Source of the DNA: Elusimicrobiota bacterium
GTDB lineage: Bacteria > Elusimicrobiota > Elusimicrobia > Elusimicrobiales > UBA9959
Length of the DNA: 64,000 nucleotides
Assembly (NCBI GenBank): GCA_003450815.1
Contig: DMES01000002.1
Location: 5,591 to 69,590, forward strand
Reading direction: 5' to 3'
Below the pieces are notes generated by a model. It was not told the origin of the DNA. It saw nothing but the letters and a program-made list of their open reading frames with translations, and did no database searches. Every line of letters starts with the position of its first letter. Position 1 is the stretch's first letter. The position numbers and the translations under genes are program-made. Positions 52,844 to 63,088 of this stretch are shown here, in pieces.

Positions 52844-53620
52844 ATGTGTAACCAGCTGCAGCTACGGGAAATATTCCATATAGAATTTTTGCGCTACCTC
52901 GCCGCGGATCTGCCGATGGGGCTTTGGGCGCTTAAGGGCGGGGTTAACCTGAGGCTCTTTTTTAAGAGCATCCGGTATTCCGAAGATATGGATATTGATG
53001 TAGAAGAACTACCGGTTGCGTCGGTCCAAAAACGCATAATGCGGATTTTAAATTCCCCTTCATTCCGGGAAAATCTTAAGACTTATGGGATTGCTGAAAT
53101 AAAACCTCCCGATATGGCCGCGGCAAAACAGACGGCGACCACGCAGCGCTTCAAAGTGCATATAGTAAGTTCGGCGGGGGAGGACTATTTTACCAAGGTG
53201 GAATTTTCAAGGCGGGGCTTTCAGGGCGCGCCGGTTACGGAACCGGTGCCGGCCGCCGTTTTAAGACCGTACGCCATGGCGCCGTTTGTGGTGGCGCATT
53301 ATCCGGCGGCCATCGCCGCGGCCCAGAAAATTTCAGCGGTATTGTCCCGCTCTGTTCTGCAGGCCCGCGATATTTTTGATCTTTATCTGCTAAGCTCCCA
53401 AGTGTGCCCCGGAGAGATGAAGCTGCCGTTGCCCGGCAAGGACGAGCTGGCTAAAGCCCGTGAGAATATCCTTAAACCCGGTTTTGAATTGTTCAGGGAC
53501 GCGGTTGCCGTCTACCTGGCTCCGGAGGATCGCAAGATTTATGCCCTGCCGGGAATATGGGACGAGATTAAGCTGACAGCGGCGGATTTTGTGGAGGAAC
53601 TTGGTGATGCCAATGGTTAA
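52844..53620 (+). CDS. Nucleotidyltransferase AbiEii/AbiGii-family toxin (DUF1814)
   Basis: LKGGVNLRLFFKSIRYSEDMDIDV matches the family core (KGGTAL..RFSEDLDF). Confidence 0.7.
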   Translation: MCNQLQLREIFHIEFLRYLAADLPMGLWALKGGVNLRLFFKSIRYSEDMDIDVEELPVASVQKRIMRILNSPSFRENLKTYGIAEIKPPDMAAAKQTATTQRFKVHIVSSAGEDYFTKVEFSRRGFQGAPVTEPVPAAVLRPYAMAPFVVAHYPAAIAAAQKISAVLSRSVLQARDIFDLYLLSSQVCPGEMKLPLPGKDELAKARENILKPGFELFRDAVAVYLAPEDRKIYALPGIWDEIKLTAADFVEELGDANG

Positions 53621-54227
53621 GAAAACTTTGGCGGCGCATATGGCGGTTCTTGGACGGTCAGTTTTTACCGCGCGGGAACTGGCAGCCGTTGCCGGGCGGT
53701 CCGCTTCTGTTGTTTCCCAGGGACTGGCTTTTCTAGCGCGCCAGGGTCTGGCGGTTAAGGTGGCTCATGGCGTGTGGGCTGCCGGCAGCGTAATGCCGAG
53801 CCCCTATGCGGTTATTCCTTACATCCTTCCTAAGCAAAGGGCGTATGTTTCCTTTACAAGCGCTCTTCACCTGCACGGCATTATAGAACAGATTCCGCAG
53901 GTTGTTACGCTGGCCTCGGTAGCCCACACAAAAGAAATATCTATTAATGCGGGTGCTTTTGCCGTGCACCATCTGGCTCCGTCGTTTTTTAGCGGTTTTG
54001 TCTGGCGCGAAAGCGGCGGCTTTTTTATAGCGGAACCGGAAAAAGCGCTTGTGGACTGTCTGTATGTGTCGGCTTTCCGCGAACGCCGGTTTTCCCATTT
54101 CCCGGAGTTGAATTTCCCCGAATCCTTCAGCTTTAAAAAAGCTGAGGCATGGGCGATGCTCATTAAAAGCGGAGCGGCGCATAAGCACGTGCTTAAACGG
54201 CTGGTGGAAATAAAAGCACATATTTAA
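53607..54227 (+). CDS. AbiEi-like antitoxin / winged-helix regulator
   Basis: N-terminal VFTARELAAVAGRSASVVSQGLAFLARQGLAVKVAHGVWA matches the AbiEi pattern ending RGxY-like. It overlaps the toxin gene by 14 nt. GGAGG RBS. Confidence 0.5.
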   Translation: MPMVKKTLAAHMAVLGRSVFTARELAAVAGRSASVVSQGLAFLARQGLAVKVAHGVWAAGSVMPSPYAVIPYILPKQRAYVSFTSALHLHGIIEQIPQVVTLASVAHTKEISINAGAFAVHHLAPSFFSGFVWRESGGFFIAEPEKALVDCLYVSAFRERRFSHFPELNFPESFSFKKAEAWAMLIKSGAAHKHVLKRLVEIKAHI

Positions 54228-54246
54228 AATTTGTTATCATTATATA

Positions 54247-54280
54247 GCGGCGAGGCATTACCGCCGCAAATTATTTTTTT
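54247..54280 (+). terminator. Terminator-like hairpin after the TA pair
   Basis: gcggcg-aggcattac-cgccgc followed by aaattattttttt. Confidence 0.5.
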
Positions 54281-54292
54281 GTAAGGGGTGTA

Positions 54293-55192
54293 ATGGACGT
54301 GGCTGAAACAACAAAAATACTCATATTGGGCGGCGGTGGAATGCTGGGGCATAAGCTTTGGCAATGCCTCTCCCAAAAATTCCCCGGAACTGTCGTTTCC
54401 ATAAGAAAAAAACGTGATTTTTACGCCGGCTGCGGGCTCTTTACCGGGCCCAATGTGGTGGATGGCCTGGACCTCAGGGATTTTACCCGCCTTAACGCCG
54501 TTCTTGATGATGTTAAACCCTCCGTTATAGTCAATTGCGCAGGAGTTACGCTGCGCAATAAAGAAGCCCTGGATAAAAACTCTGTCATTTCCATTAATGC
54601 TCTTCTGCCGCACAGGCTGGCCGCCTGGTGCTCAAAAAACGGGGCACGGCTTATTCATTTCAGCACGGTCTGTGTTTTTGACGGCAGGCTGGGCGGCTAT
54701 ACCGAGGACTCGTTACCGGACGCACTGGAACTTTACGGTAACACAAAGGCCTTGGGTGATGTTTTAGCGCCGTTCGCTGTTACTCTCCGGTCCTCTTTTA
54801 TAGGCAGAGAGATATTCGGCGGCTCGGAGCTGCTGGAATGGTTCCTTGCCCAGAAAGGCAAAAAAATAAAGGGTTTCCGCAAAGCTTTATTTACCGGCCT
54901 TACCACCAACCGGCTTGCGGAACTTGTCTCGGACCTGATTGAAAATCACACCGCGTTAAATGGCCTTTACCATGTTTCCAGCGAGACTCTTTCAAAATAT
55001 GATTTACTGGGCCTTATGAAAGAAGCGTATAAGATAAATGTGGAGATAGAGTTGGACGATAGTTTTGTGTGCAAGCGCGATCTGAATGGGAACAGGTTTA
55101 TACAGGCGGCGGGTTTTAACTGCCCGCCATGGCGGCGGATGATGGCAGACATGGCCGCTGATGCCACACCATACGGTAAATGGCCGTCTTAA
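54293..55192 (+). CDS. RmlD-family NAD(P)H 4-reductase (WbvR-like candidate)
   Basis: ILILGGGGMLGHKL, YGNTKALGD (YxxxK), about 300 aa. Confidence 0.65.
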   Translation: MDVAETTKILILGGGGMLGHKLWQCLSQKFPGTVVSIRKKRDFYAGCGLFTGPNVVDGLDLRDFTRLNAVLDDVKPSVIVNCAGVTLRNKEALDKNSVISINALLPHRLAAWCSKNGARLIHFSTVCVFDGRLGGYTEDSLPDALELYGNTKALGDVLAPFAVTLRSSFIGREIFGGSELLEWFLAQKGKKIKGFRKALFTGLTTNRLAELVSDLIENHTALNGLYHVSSETLSKYDLLGLMKEAYKINVEIELDDSFVCKRDLNGNRFIQAAGFNCPPWRRMMADMAADATPYGKWPS

Positions 55193-55262
55193 GGCCATAG
55201 GCCCTGATACGGCACAGCCATAGGCTAGGCCGTCTGAAGGCCATAAGCCCTGATACGGCACA
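55182..55262 (+). repeat. Two 35-nt direct repeats (33/35 identical) with a 46-nt period
   Basis: The copies are ggccgtcttaaggccataggccctgatacggcaca (55182-55216) and ggccgtctgaaggccataagccctgatacggcaca (55228-55262). The first overlaps the stop codon; the second ends 2 nt before the GGAGGA RBS. Confidence 0.85.
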
Positions 55263-55278
55263 TTGGAGGAGAATTAAC

Positions 55279-56289
55279 ATGATCTTTAAAGGGAAAACAG
55301 TCCTGATTACCGGCGGAACAGGGTCTTTCGGCCATGAGCTTTTGAAAACTATAATTGCCAAGGATTTTAAAGAGGTCAGAATATTCAGCCGGGATGAACT
55401 TAAGCAGGAGATGATGCGCATCCAGCTTAATAATTCCCGTGTAAAGTTTTATATCGGAGATGTGAGAGACAGAGATAGCGTGGATCAGGTTATGAAAGGG
55501 GTGGATATGGTGTTTCACGCGGCCGCACTAAAGCAGGTGCCCTCCTGCGAGTTTTTCCCCATGCAGGCGGTGCTGACAAATATTCTTGGCAGTAGTAATG
55601 TGGTGGAATCCGCGATCCAGCATAAAGTAGAAAATGTTGTGTGCCTTGGCACGGACAAAGCTGTTTACCCGGCAAATGCTATGGGCATGACCAAGGCCCT
55701 TATGGAAAAGGTTGCCCAGGCAGTGTGCCGGGGCTTGAGTGAAAAAGACACCAAGGTTTCCTGCGTCAGGTACGGCAATGTTATGTGCTCGCGGGGGTCA
55801 GTAATCCCGCTGTTCATAAAACAGATAAAGGAAAAAAAGTCCATAACCGTTACCGACGCCGCAATGACCAGATTCCTGCTGCCGCTGGATGAGGCGATAA
55901 AGCTTGTCCTGTTCGCTTTTTCCAACGCCAGACAGGGAGATATTTTTATTAAAAAGTCTCCGGCTTGCACCGTGGGAGATCTTGCCGCTGCGTTAAAGGA
56001 ATTATTCAAGTCCGATGTTCCGGTTAAAAACATTGGCATACGCCACGGGGAAAAATTATATGAAACCCTGGCCACTATTGAGGAACTGCGCCGTGCTGAA
56101 GATATGGGGAACTATTTCCGGGTCAAAATGGACGACAGGGACCTGAATTACAACAAGTATTTTACCGAAGGTGACAAAAAGGAAGCGCTGCTGTCGGAGT
56201 ACACTTCGCACAATACGCAGCGTTTGAGCGTGAAAGGCGTAAAAGAAATGTTGCTGAAGCTGCCGGAAGTGACGGCTGAAATGGAATGA
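55279..56289 (+). CDS. UDP-N-acetylglucosamine 4,6-dehydratase/5-epimerase (CapE/FnlA/WbvB family)
   Basis: KTVLITGGTGSFGHEL, AAALKQVP, LGTDKAVYPANAMGMTKALMEK and YGNVMCSRGSVIP. Confidence 0.85.
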   Translation: MIFKGKTVLITGGTGSFGHELLKTIIAKDFKEVRIFSRDELKQEMMRIQLNNSRVKFYIGDVRDRDSVDQVMKGVDMVFHAAALKQVPSCEFFPMQAVLTNILGSSNVVESAIQHKVENVVCLGTDKAVYPANAMGMTKALMEKVAQAVCRGLSEKDTKVSCVRYGNVMCSRGSVIPLFIKQIKEKKSITVTDAAMTRFLLPLDEAIKLVLFAFSNARQGDIFIKKSPACTVGDLAAALKELFKSDVPVKNIGIRHGEKLYETLATIEELRRAEDMGNYFRVKMDDRDLNYNKYFTEGDKKEALLSEYTSHNTQRLSVKGVKEMLLKLPEVTAEME

Positions 56290-56392
56290 GCCGGTATTTA
56301 TTGCAGTATCTTGCACTATGTCGCATACTTAATTCATGATGTAATACCCTGTGCAAAGTTTTGCCGCGTGATACTACAAAAAGGAGATTTTT

Positions 56393-57526
56393 ATGTCTTT
56401 GAAAGTGATGACAATAGTGGGTACCAGACCGGAAATAATAAAACTCAGCCGCGTTATGAGCGAACTGGAGCAGCATGTGACCCATGTTCTGGTGCACACC
56501 GGCCAGAATTACGACTACGAACTTAACGAGATATTTTTCAAGGAACTCGGAATACGCAAGCCGGATTATTTCCTTAACTCCGCCGGCGCCACCCTTGCCG
56601 CTACAATAGGCGTTATAATAGCCAAGGCTGACGAGGTTATGGAGGAAGAGAAGCCCGACTGCATACTGCTCTACGGTGATACGAATAGCTGCCTTTCCGT
56701 AATAGCCGCCAAACGGCGCAAGATACCGATATTCCACATGGAAGCCGGCAACCGCTCCTTTGACCAGCGCGTGCCCGAGGAATTGAATCGCAAAGTGGTG
56801 GACCACTTAAGCGACATAAATATGACGCTTACAGAACACGCCCGCCGTTATCTGTTGGCTGAGGGGATAAGGCCGGAAACTGTCATTAAGACCGGCTCTC
56901 CTATGAAAGAGGTGCTGGCGCATTATATGCCGAAAATACTTAAGTCTGATGTTCTTAAACGCCTTAAGCTTAAGGATAGCGGCTATTTTGTGGTCAGCGC
57001 CCATCGCGAGGAAAATGTGGACAGCCCGGAGAATTTCAGGAACCTGCTCGGTTCGCTTAACGCTTTGGCAAAAAAATATTCAATGCCGGTGATAGTTTCT
57101 ACCCATCCCCGCACAAGGAAGAAACTTGAAGAGCTGGGAGTAAAAGGGTTCGATAAGCGCATAAGTTTTCTTAAGCCGCTTGGTTTTTACGATTATGTCA
57201 AACTGCAGCTCAACGCTTTCTGCGTTGTCTCTGACAGCGGTACTATAACCGAAGAATCCACCATGCTTAATTTTCCGGCCGTAACCATACGCCAGGCCCA
57301 CGAGAGGCCGGAAGGCATGGATGAGGGCACGCTTATAATGTGCGGCCTTAAAACCGAACGGGTGCTTGAATCGGTTGCTGTTGTGGTTAAACAGCATTCA
57401 AGGAAGCAGAGGCGCTTCCGTCTGGTTCCGGATTATAACACGGATAATGTGTCAAAAAAAGTTTTGCGCATAATTCTCAGCTACACCGACTATATAAACC
57501 GCACGGTCTGGCATCGCGCGGTCTGA
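56393..57526 (+). CDS. UDP-N-acetylglucosamine 2-epimerase family (non-hydrolysing; FnlC/WbvD-like)
   Basis: VMTIVGTRPEIIKLSRV, GDTNS, HMEAGNRSFD..PEE.NR and SDSGTITEE. Confidence 0.85.
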   Translation: MSLKVMTIVGTRPEIIKLSRVMSELEQHVTHVLVHTGQNYDYELNEIFFKELGIRKPDYFLNSAGATLAATIGVIIAKADEVMEEEKPDCILLYGDTNSCLSVIAAKRRKIPIFHMEAGNRSFDQRVPEELNRKVVDHLSDINMTLTEHARRYLLAEGIRPETVIKTGSPMKEVLAHYMPKILKSDVLKRLKLKDSGYFVVSAHREENVDSPENFRNLLGSLNALAKKYSMPVIVSTHPRTRKKLEELGVKGFDKRISFLKPLGFYDYVKLQLNAFCVVSDSGTITEESTMLNFPAVTIRQAHERPEGMDEGTLIMCGLKTERVLESVAVVVKQHSRKQRRFRLVPDYNTDNVSKKVLRIILSYTDYINRTVWHRAV

Positions 57527-57536
57527 CTGCCTTCCT

Positions 57537-58751
57537 ATGCCGGACAAACTGAAGGTTTTGATAATAACCGAAAGGTTTTACCCGGAGGAATTTATAATCA
57601 ACGACCTGGCGGCCGTTTGGGCGGCCGGGGATTTTTGTGTGGATGTGCTTACGCAGGCACCCAGTTATCCTTTTGGCATAATCTTCAAGGGTTACTCAAA
57701 TAATTTTTTTGCCGCTGAACGCTGGAAAGATATTAATATTTCCAGGTTTTTTACTGTAACCGGCTACCGGGATTCCCTCTTTTTAAAGCTGCTGAATTAT
57801 TTCAGCTTTGCTTTGGCCGGCAGTATAGCCGTGTTGTTCCTGGCGCGAAAATATGACCGCATATTCGTTTATCAGACCGGGCCGCTTACCCTGGCGCTTC
57901 CAGCGGTACTGGCCCGCCGGCTTTATGGCATACCTGTAACCATCTGGACGCAGGATCTCTGGCCGGACATGGTATATGCCTACGGATTTAAAAAAACGCG
58001 GCCGCTTGCCTGGTGTCTTGACAGAGTGATAGGTTTTATTTACCACAGTTGCGACAATATTCTTGTTTCTTGCTCAGGCTTTGCTTCGCGTGTGGCGCAA
58101 TACGCTCCGGGTAAAGATATTAAGCATTTCCCAAACTGGCCCACGGTGCTGCCGGATGGAGGAGCGGAGAGAGCCGCACTGCCCGCAGGTTTCAACTTTA
58201 CCTTTGCCGGTAACGTGGGAAAGCTCCAGAATCTGGAGAATGTTTTGCGAGGCTTCGGGCTTGCTTCAAAAATAAACCCTGAAATACGGCTTAATATCGT
58301 GGGTGACGGCTCACATCTTGAAACGCTTAAAACTATCGCGCACAATGAAAAAGTAAAAGGCGTCACTTTCTGGGGCCGTAAAAACCTCTCAGCTATGCCG
58401 GGTTTCTTTAATGCCAGCGATGTTATGATTATTTCCCTCAGTAATACCCCAGGACTTAACCTTACCGTGCCCGCTAAGTTCCAGGCTTATCTTGCTTTTC
58501 ATAAACCGGTTTTCTGCGTGATGGGCGGCGCGGTAAGAGCCCTTGTGGAAAAACACAACACCGGCTTTTGCGCGGACCCGGACCGGCTGGAAGCCATCCG
58601 CGATGGCTTTCTGAAGTTTTATTCGCTGCGTGGCGGCGGCCTGGCGGACTTCGTGGGAAATTCCAGGCGCCTGCTTGAGGCTGAATATGACAGGGGGAGA
58701 ATAATAGCGGCAATAGCGGCTACAGTGCGTGACCTGACACTTAAGGTATAA
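57537..58751 (+). CDS. GT4 glycosyltransferase, WbuB-like (L-6-deoxy-HexNAc transferase candidate)
   Basis: LKVLIITERFYPEEFIINDLA...VDVLTQAPSYPFG matches the WbuB-type N-terminus. Confidence 0.65.
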   Translation: MPDKLKVLIITERFYPEEFIINDLAAVWAAGDFCVDVLTQAPSYPFGIIFKGYSNNFFAAERWKDINISRFFTVTGYRDSLFLKLLNYFSFALAGSIAVLFLARKYDRIFVYQTGPLTLALPAVLARRLYGIPVTIWTQDLWPDMVYAYGFKKTRPLAWCLDRVIGFIYHSCDNILVSCSGFASRVAQYAPGKDIKHFPNWPTVLPDGGAERAALPAGFNFTFAGNVGKLQNLENVLRGFGLASKINPEIRLNIVGDGSHLETLKTIAHNEKVKGVTFWGRKNLSAMPGFFNASDVMIISLSNTPGLNLTVPAKFQAYLAFHKPVFCVMGGAVRALVEKHNTGFCADPDRLEAIRDGFLKFYSLRGGGLADFVGNSRRLLEAEYDRGRIIAAIAATVRDLTLKV

Positions 58752-58775
58752 TAGCGCAATGGCGGGTAAAAAATA

Positions 58776-60188
58776 ATGTTTGTTTTCAGATGGCGCAGGC
58801 TGTTTCTTTTTTTGGGCGACGCAGTATTGTTTTATGCGGCTTTGGCGGCCGCTCTTGTTGTGCGCCACTTTGGCCCGATTCCCTTTGATTTTTTTATTCA
58901 GCACATTAAGGTGTTTTCAGTTTTTTTGCCGGTCTGGGCCGGAATTTTTTACGTTATCGGTTTTTATGACATACGCCGTATAAATAAGCTTGTAAATCTT
59001 ATAAATTCCGCCCTTATAGCTTTCGCGGTTAATCTTGCCGCGGCCTCCGCTTTGTTTTACGCTTTTTATCTGCAACTCGGTCTTACGCCCAAAACCCATC
59101 TTTTCCTGACATTAAGCTTCCTGCATGTTTTTGCCGTAATCTGGCGCCGTATCTGGACCAGATTTTTTCTTTCAAAGCTGCTTGTGCAGAGGGTTTCTTT
59201 TTTGGGGACCAATTCCCTGCTTGAGGAAATCTGCAAAGATCTGCAAAAAAATCCGCACCTGGGTTTTGTTGTTACTCCGCTGCCGGACCTGAAGGCTAAA
59301 GACGCGCAAAGCGAAGCTTACTGGCGGCCGGACGGCAGAAGGGGCGGGGAACTTGCGCAAAAAATAGATCTGCTGGTGGTTGACGCTGATGATGCGGAGA
59401 AAAACCCCATGGTTGAAAGCCTGCTGCTGTCGACCGCCGTAATGGAAGAGATTCCTATAATCACCCATCTGGATTTTTATGAGGATCTTTACGGCAAGAT
59501 ACCCCCTGAGTATGCCGCCAAACCCAACTGGCTTTTAAGCAATGTGCTGCATAAAAATAACGCGCTGTACGCAGTAATCAAGCGCGGAATGGATATTGTC
59601 GCCGCTTCTTTCGTGTTGCTGCTTACTCTGCCTCTTCTGGCGGCGGTTTACTGCGCGCTGAAAATTTCCGGCATGGGCGGGATCCCGGTTTTCTTTTTTC
59701 AAAAGCGCGTGGGTTACCTGGGCAGGCGGTTCATTATATGGAAATTTAGGACCATGGTGCAGGGGGCCGACAAGGCCGGACCTCTTTACCGGGCATCCGC
59801 CGGCGACGACCGCGTAACACGTCTGGGCCGTTTTTTGCGCCGGACACGCCTGGATGAATTGCCGCAGTTGTGGAATGTCCTTAAAGGGGAGATGTCGGTT
59901 GTTGGGCCGCGGCCTGAATGGATACGCGAGGTGCGGATACTTGAACGCAGTGTGCCGCATTATCATCTGCGACACCTGGTTAAGCCTGGTGTCACCGGTT
60001 GGGCGCAAATACATCTGCAGGCAACCTCAAGCGAATTGGAATCCCTTGAAAAACTGCATTATGACCTCTACTATGTCAAGAACCTTTCGCTGGCGCTGGA
60101 TATAGGTATCATACTGCGCACCTTCCGCAGGGTTTTTCAGAAAGATGCTTCCTTTGCGGCAAGAGAAAAGCTGAAGGCTGAAGGCTGA
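58776..60188 (+). CDS. Polyprenyl-phosphate phosphoglycosyl transferase (WbaP-type initiating enzyme)
   Basis: N-terminal TM bundle and the C-terminal bacterial sugar transferase domain (KRGMDIVAA..., [50 protein letters not shown]). Confidence 0.85.
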   Translation: MFVFRWRRLFLFLGDAVLFYAALAAALVVRHFGPIPFDFFIQHIKVFSVFLPVWAGIFYVIGFYDIRRINKLVNLINSALIAFAVNLAAASALFYAFYLQLGLTPKTHLFLTLSFLHVFAVIWRRIWTRFFLSKLLVQRVSFLGTNSLLEEICKDLQKNPHLGFVVTPLPDLKAKDAQSEAYWRPDGRRGGELAQKIDLLVVDADDAEKNPMVESLLLSTAVMEEIPIITHLDFYEDLYGKIPPEYAAKPNWLLSNVLHKNNALYAVIKRGMDIVAASFVLLLTLPLLAAVYCALKISGMGGIPVFFFQKRVGYLGRRFIIWKFRTMVQGADKAGPLYRASAGDDRVTRLGRFLRRTRLDELPQLWNVLKGEMSVVGPRPEWIREVRILERSVPHYHLRHLVKPGVTGWAQIHLQATSSELESLEKLHYDLYYVKNLSLALDIGIILRTFRRVFQKDASFAAREKLKAEG

Positions 60189-60226
60189 AGGCTGAAGGCT
60201 GAAGGCTGAAGGCTGAAGGCTGAAGG
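60171..60226 (+). repeat. Perfect heptanucleotide tandem repeat (CTGAAGG)x8 spanning the stop codon
   Basis: 56 nt with no mismatch. The last residues ...LKAEG and the TGA stop (60186-60188) are encoded by the repeat. Confidence 0.95.
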
Positions 60227-60314
60227 AAGAGCATCCATTAGGTTCAATTTATTTTAATCGGCCCAATAGCCTTACTAAATGTCGGTTCATAGTGCTACAG
60301 CCGCATGTTGGTCC

Positions 60315-60339
60315 TGTAGTGGCAAAGCTTGCTTTGCCC
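60315..60339. repeat. Hairpin/TIR repeat family B, copy 3 (single end)
   Basis: tgtagtggcaaagcttgctttgccc contains the perfect palindrome ggcaaagc-tt-gctttgcc. Confidence 0.75.
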
Positions 60340-60359
60340 ACAGTCATTTACAAGACTTT

Positions 60360-61610
60360 ATGGCGGAAACATTAAAAATATCCCGGTTGGAAAAGGCTCT
60401 TGAATGGGCTGTCTATGTCTTCTCGGCTTCCGTCTTGCTTTCTATAACCGTAAGTCAGGCGGCCTTATTGCTTATTGCCATTTTGCTTGTTTGCCTTGGC
60501 GCAAAAGATAAAAACAAGGCCGGCGCATACTTTGGGCGGATAAAGGGAAGCGGGCTGCTTCTTCCTTTTTTCCTGTTTTTCATCGCTTATATCTTTTCCG
60601 CTATGGTCGGAGTAGACAGTAAGAACAGCTTTTCATTCCTTAATTCAGAACTCCTGAAAGCCCTGGCTTGCTTTGCGCTTATTGCGGCTGTGCCCGGCAT
60701 AAAGGTCTCCGCCGCGGGCGCGTGGTATGCCGCCGGCGCGACATTAGCGGGCGCGCTTGGTATCTGGCAATTTATACAAGGGAATATCTATTCAAACGGT
60801 ATTGATTTCGCCCGGGCGCACGGGAAAATGTACGCCGTTACCTATGGGGAAACAATGGCGGTGGCGCTGGTATTTTCTTTGCTGTGTTTTATAAATTCAA
60901 AAAAAGAAACCTTTGTGCGCAAAGCGTATTTTGCCTCCACGCTCATTCTGGCCGCGGCTTTTTCCATGAGCCTGAGCCGCGGTCCCGCTATAGGGCTTGC
61001 CTTCGCGCTGGGTATGCTGTATTTTTTTGAACCGCGTTCGCGCAAAATACTGCGCGTGGCCGCGGTGATCTGCTTTGCGGCGCTGGTCGCCATATTTTCA
61101 GCGGTTCCGTCTTTAAGGCTTAAGCTGATCTCTATCCCGCGCGGTATGGTCCAACTGGTATCCGGAAGCAAAAACGCCGCCGCCGGCGTAGACGACAGTT
61201 CATCTATACGCATGGAGATGTGGAAGGTTGGGGTTAAAATAATCCGCGACTATCCGCTTGGAGGCGTTGGGCCGGATAATGTCAAGCGGATATTCGGTTT
61301 TTATCATCCGGGGTTGTTTGACGGCAGATACAACTCAAATGATGTCCATAACCTTTATCTCCAGAAGACGGCCGAGTATGGCCTGCCAGGCGGCTTGATC
61401 TTTGTTTATCTCCTGGTTTCTTTTTTGCGGCTGGTATATAAAAAATATCGCGAATTCCGCAGCGTGGAAAGCCTATGGGCGTTGACGGCGCTGACGGGAT
61501 TTTACATTATGATGCTTACAGATTCGTCTTTCCATCTGCCCAGGGTGGCTATGAGCCTGTATTTCATGCTGGCGCTTTCGCAGACAACGGATAAACAGGC
61601 TGAAGGTTGA
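60360..61610 (+). CDS. O-antigen ligase / Wzy_C-domain family membrane protein
   Basis: About 10 TM segments, a loop with SLSRGPAIGLAFAL, and a later periplasmic loop with DVHNLYLQKTAEYGLPG typical of the family. ATG 60360 is used because the track start 60279 runs through the repeat. Confidence 0.6.
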   Translation: MAETLKISRLEKALEWAVYVFSASVLLSITVSQAALLLIAILLVCLGAKDKNKAGAYFGRIKGSGLLLPFFLFFIAYIFSAMVGVDSKNSFSFLNSELLKALACFALIAAVPGIKVSAAGAWYAAGATLAGALGIWQFIQGNIYSNGIDFARAHGKMYAVTYGETMAVALVFSLLCFINSKKETFVRKAYFASTLILAAAFSMSLSRGPAIGLAFALGMLYFFEPRSRKILRVAAVICFAALVAIFSAVPSLRLKLISIPRGMVQLVSGSKNAAAGVDDSSSIRMEMWKVGVKIIRDYPLGGVGPDNVKRIFGFYHPGLFDGRYNSNDVHNLYLQKTAEYGLPGGLIFVYLLVSFLRLVYKKYREFRSVESLWALTALTGFYIMMLTDSSFHLPRVAMSLYFMLALSQTTDKQAEG

Positions 61611-61625
61611 GGGCTGAAGGGAAAG
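61598..61625 (+). repeat. Degenerate GGCTGAA heptamer tract overlapping the stop codon
   Basis: ggctgaa ggttgag ggctgaa gggaaag. The gene ends ...QAEG-TGA, like the transferase at 60188. Confidence 0.6.
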
Positions 61626-61690
61626 ATACGGCTGATATGAAAATATTTTCCGTCCTTTAGTCTTAATCGTTCATTTTCCCAAAAATAATT

Positions 61691-61827
61691 GGCAGTGGCA
61701 GAGTTTACTCAGTCGTGGACAGCGCCAGGGGAAACCGCAATGCGGTGTCCCCTCAGCCGTTGGGAAGGGGTGGCCCGCGACAGGCCAGAGTCACTGCCGA
61801 AGAGGCAAAGCAAGCTTTGCAACTACA
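61691..61827. repeat. Hairpin/TIR repeat family B, copy 4 (137 bp, disrupted left end)
   Basis: The left end is ggcagtggcagagtttactc... and the right end is ggcaaagcaagctttgcaactaca. The internal segment is GC-rich and hairpin-forming. Confidence 0.7.
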
Positions 61828-61861
61828 AAAGCAGGTGATGCGGATGTGGCGGGTTAACGAG

Positions 61862-61888
61862 TTGAGTGGTTACAGAATTTGTTATAAT
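61862..61888 (+). promoter_or_regulatory. Promoter candidate for gap (extended -10 TGtTATAAT)
   Basis: TATAAT at 61883-61888 is preceded by TG at 61880-61881. A weak -35 TTGAGT sits 15 nt upstream. Confidence 0.4.
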
Positions 61889-61891
61889 TAA

Positions 61892-63019
<1,128 letters not shown>

Positions 63020-63060
63020 AGTTGGGGGGGGGAGGCGTTGCGAGTTGGGAGTTAAACTCT
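63020..63060. repeat. GAGTTGG-type short-period tract after gap
   Basis: gagttgg ggggggg aggcgtt gcgagtt gggagtt aaactct. It shares the 14-mer gagttgggagttaa with the reverse complement of the rfbG insert; a 14-mer match alone is not significant in 64 kb. Confidence 0.4.
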
Positions 63061-63088
63061 CAAACAAACTTCGAAGGAGACCGCAAAT

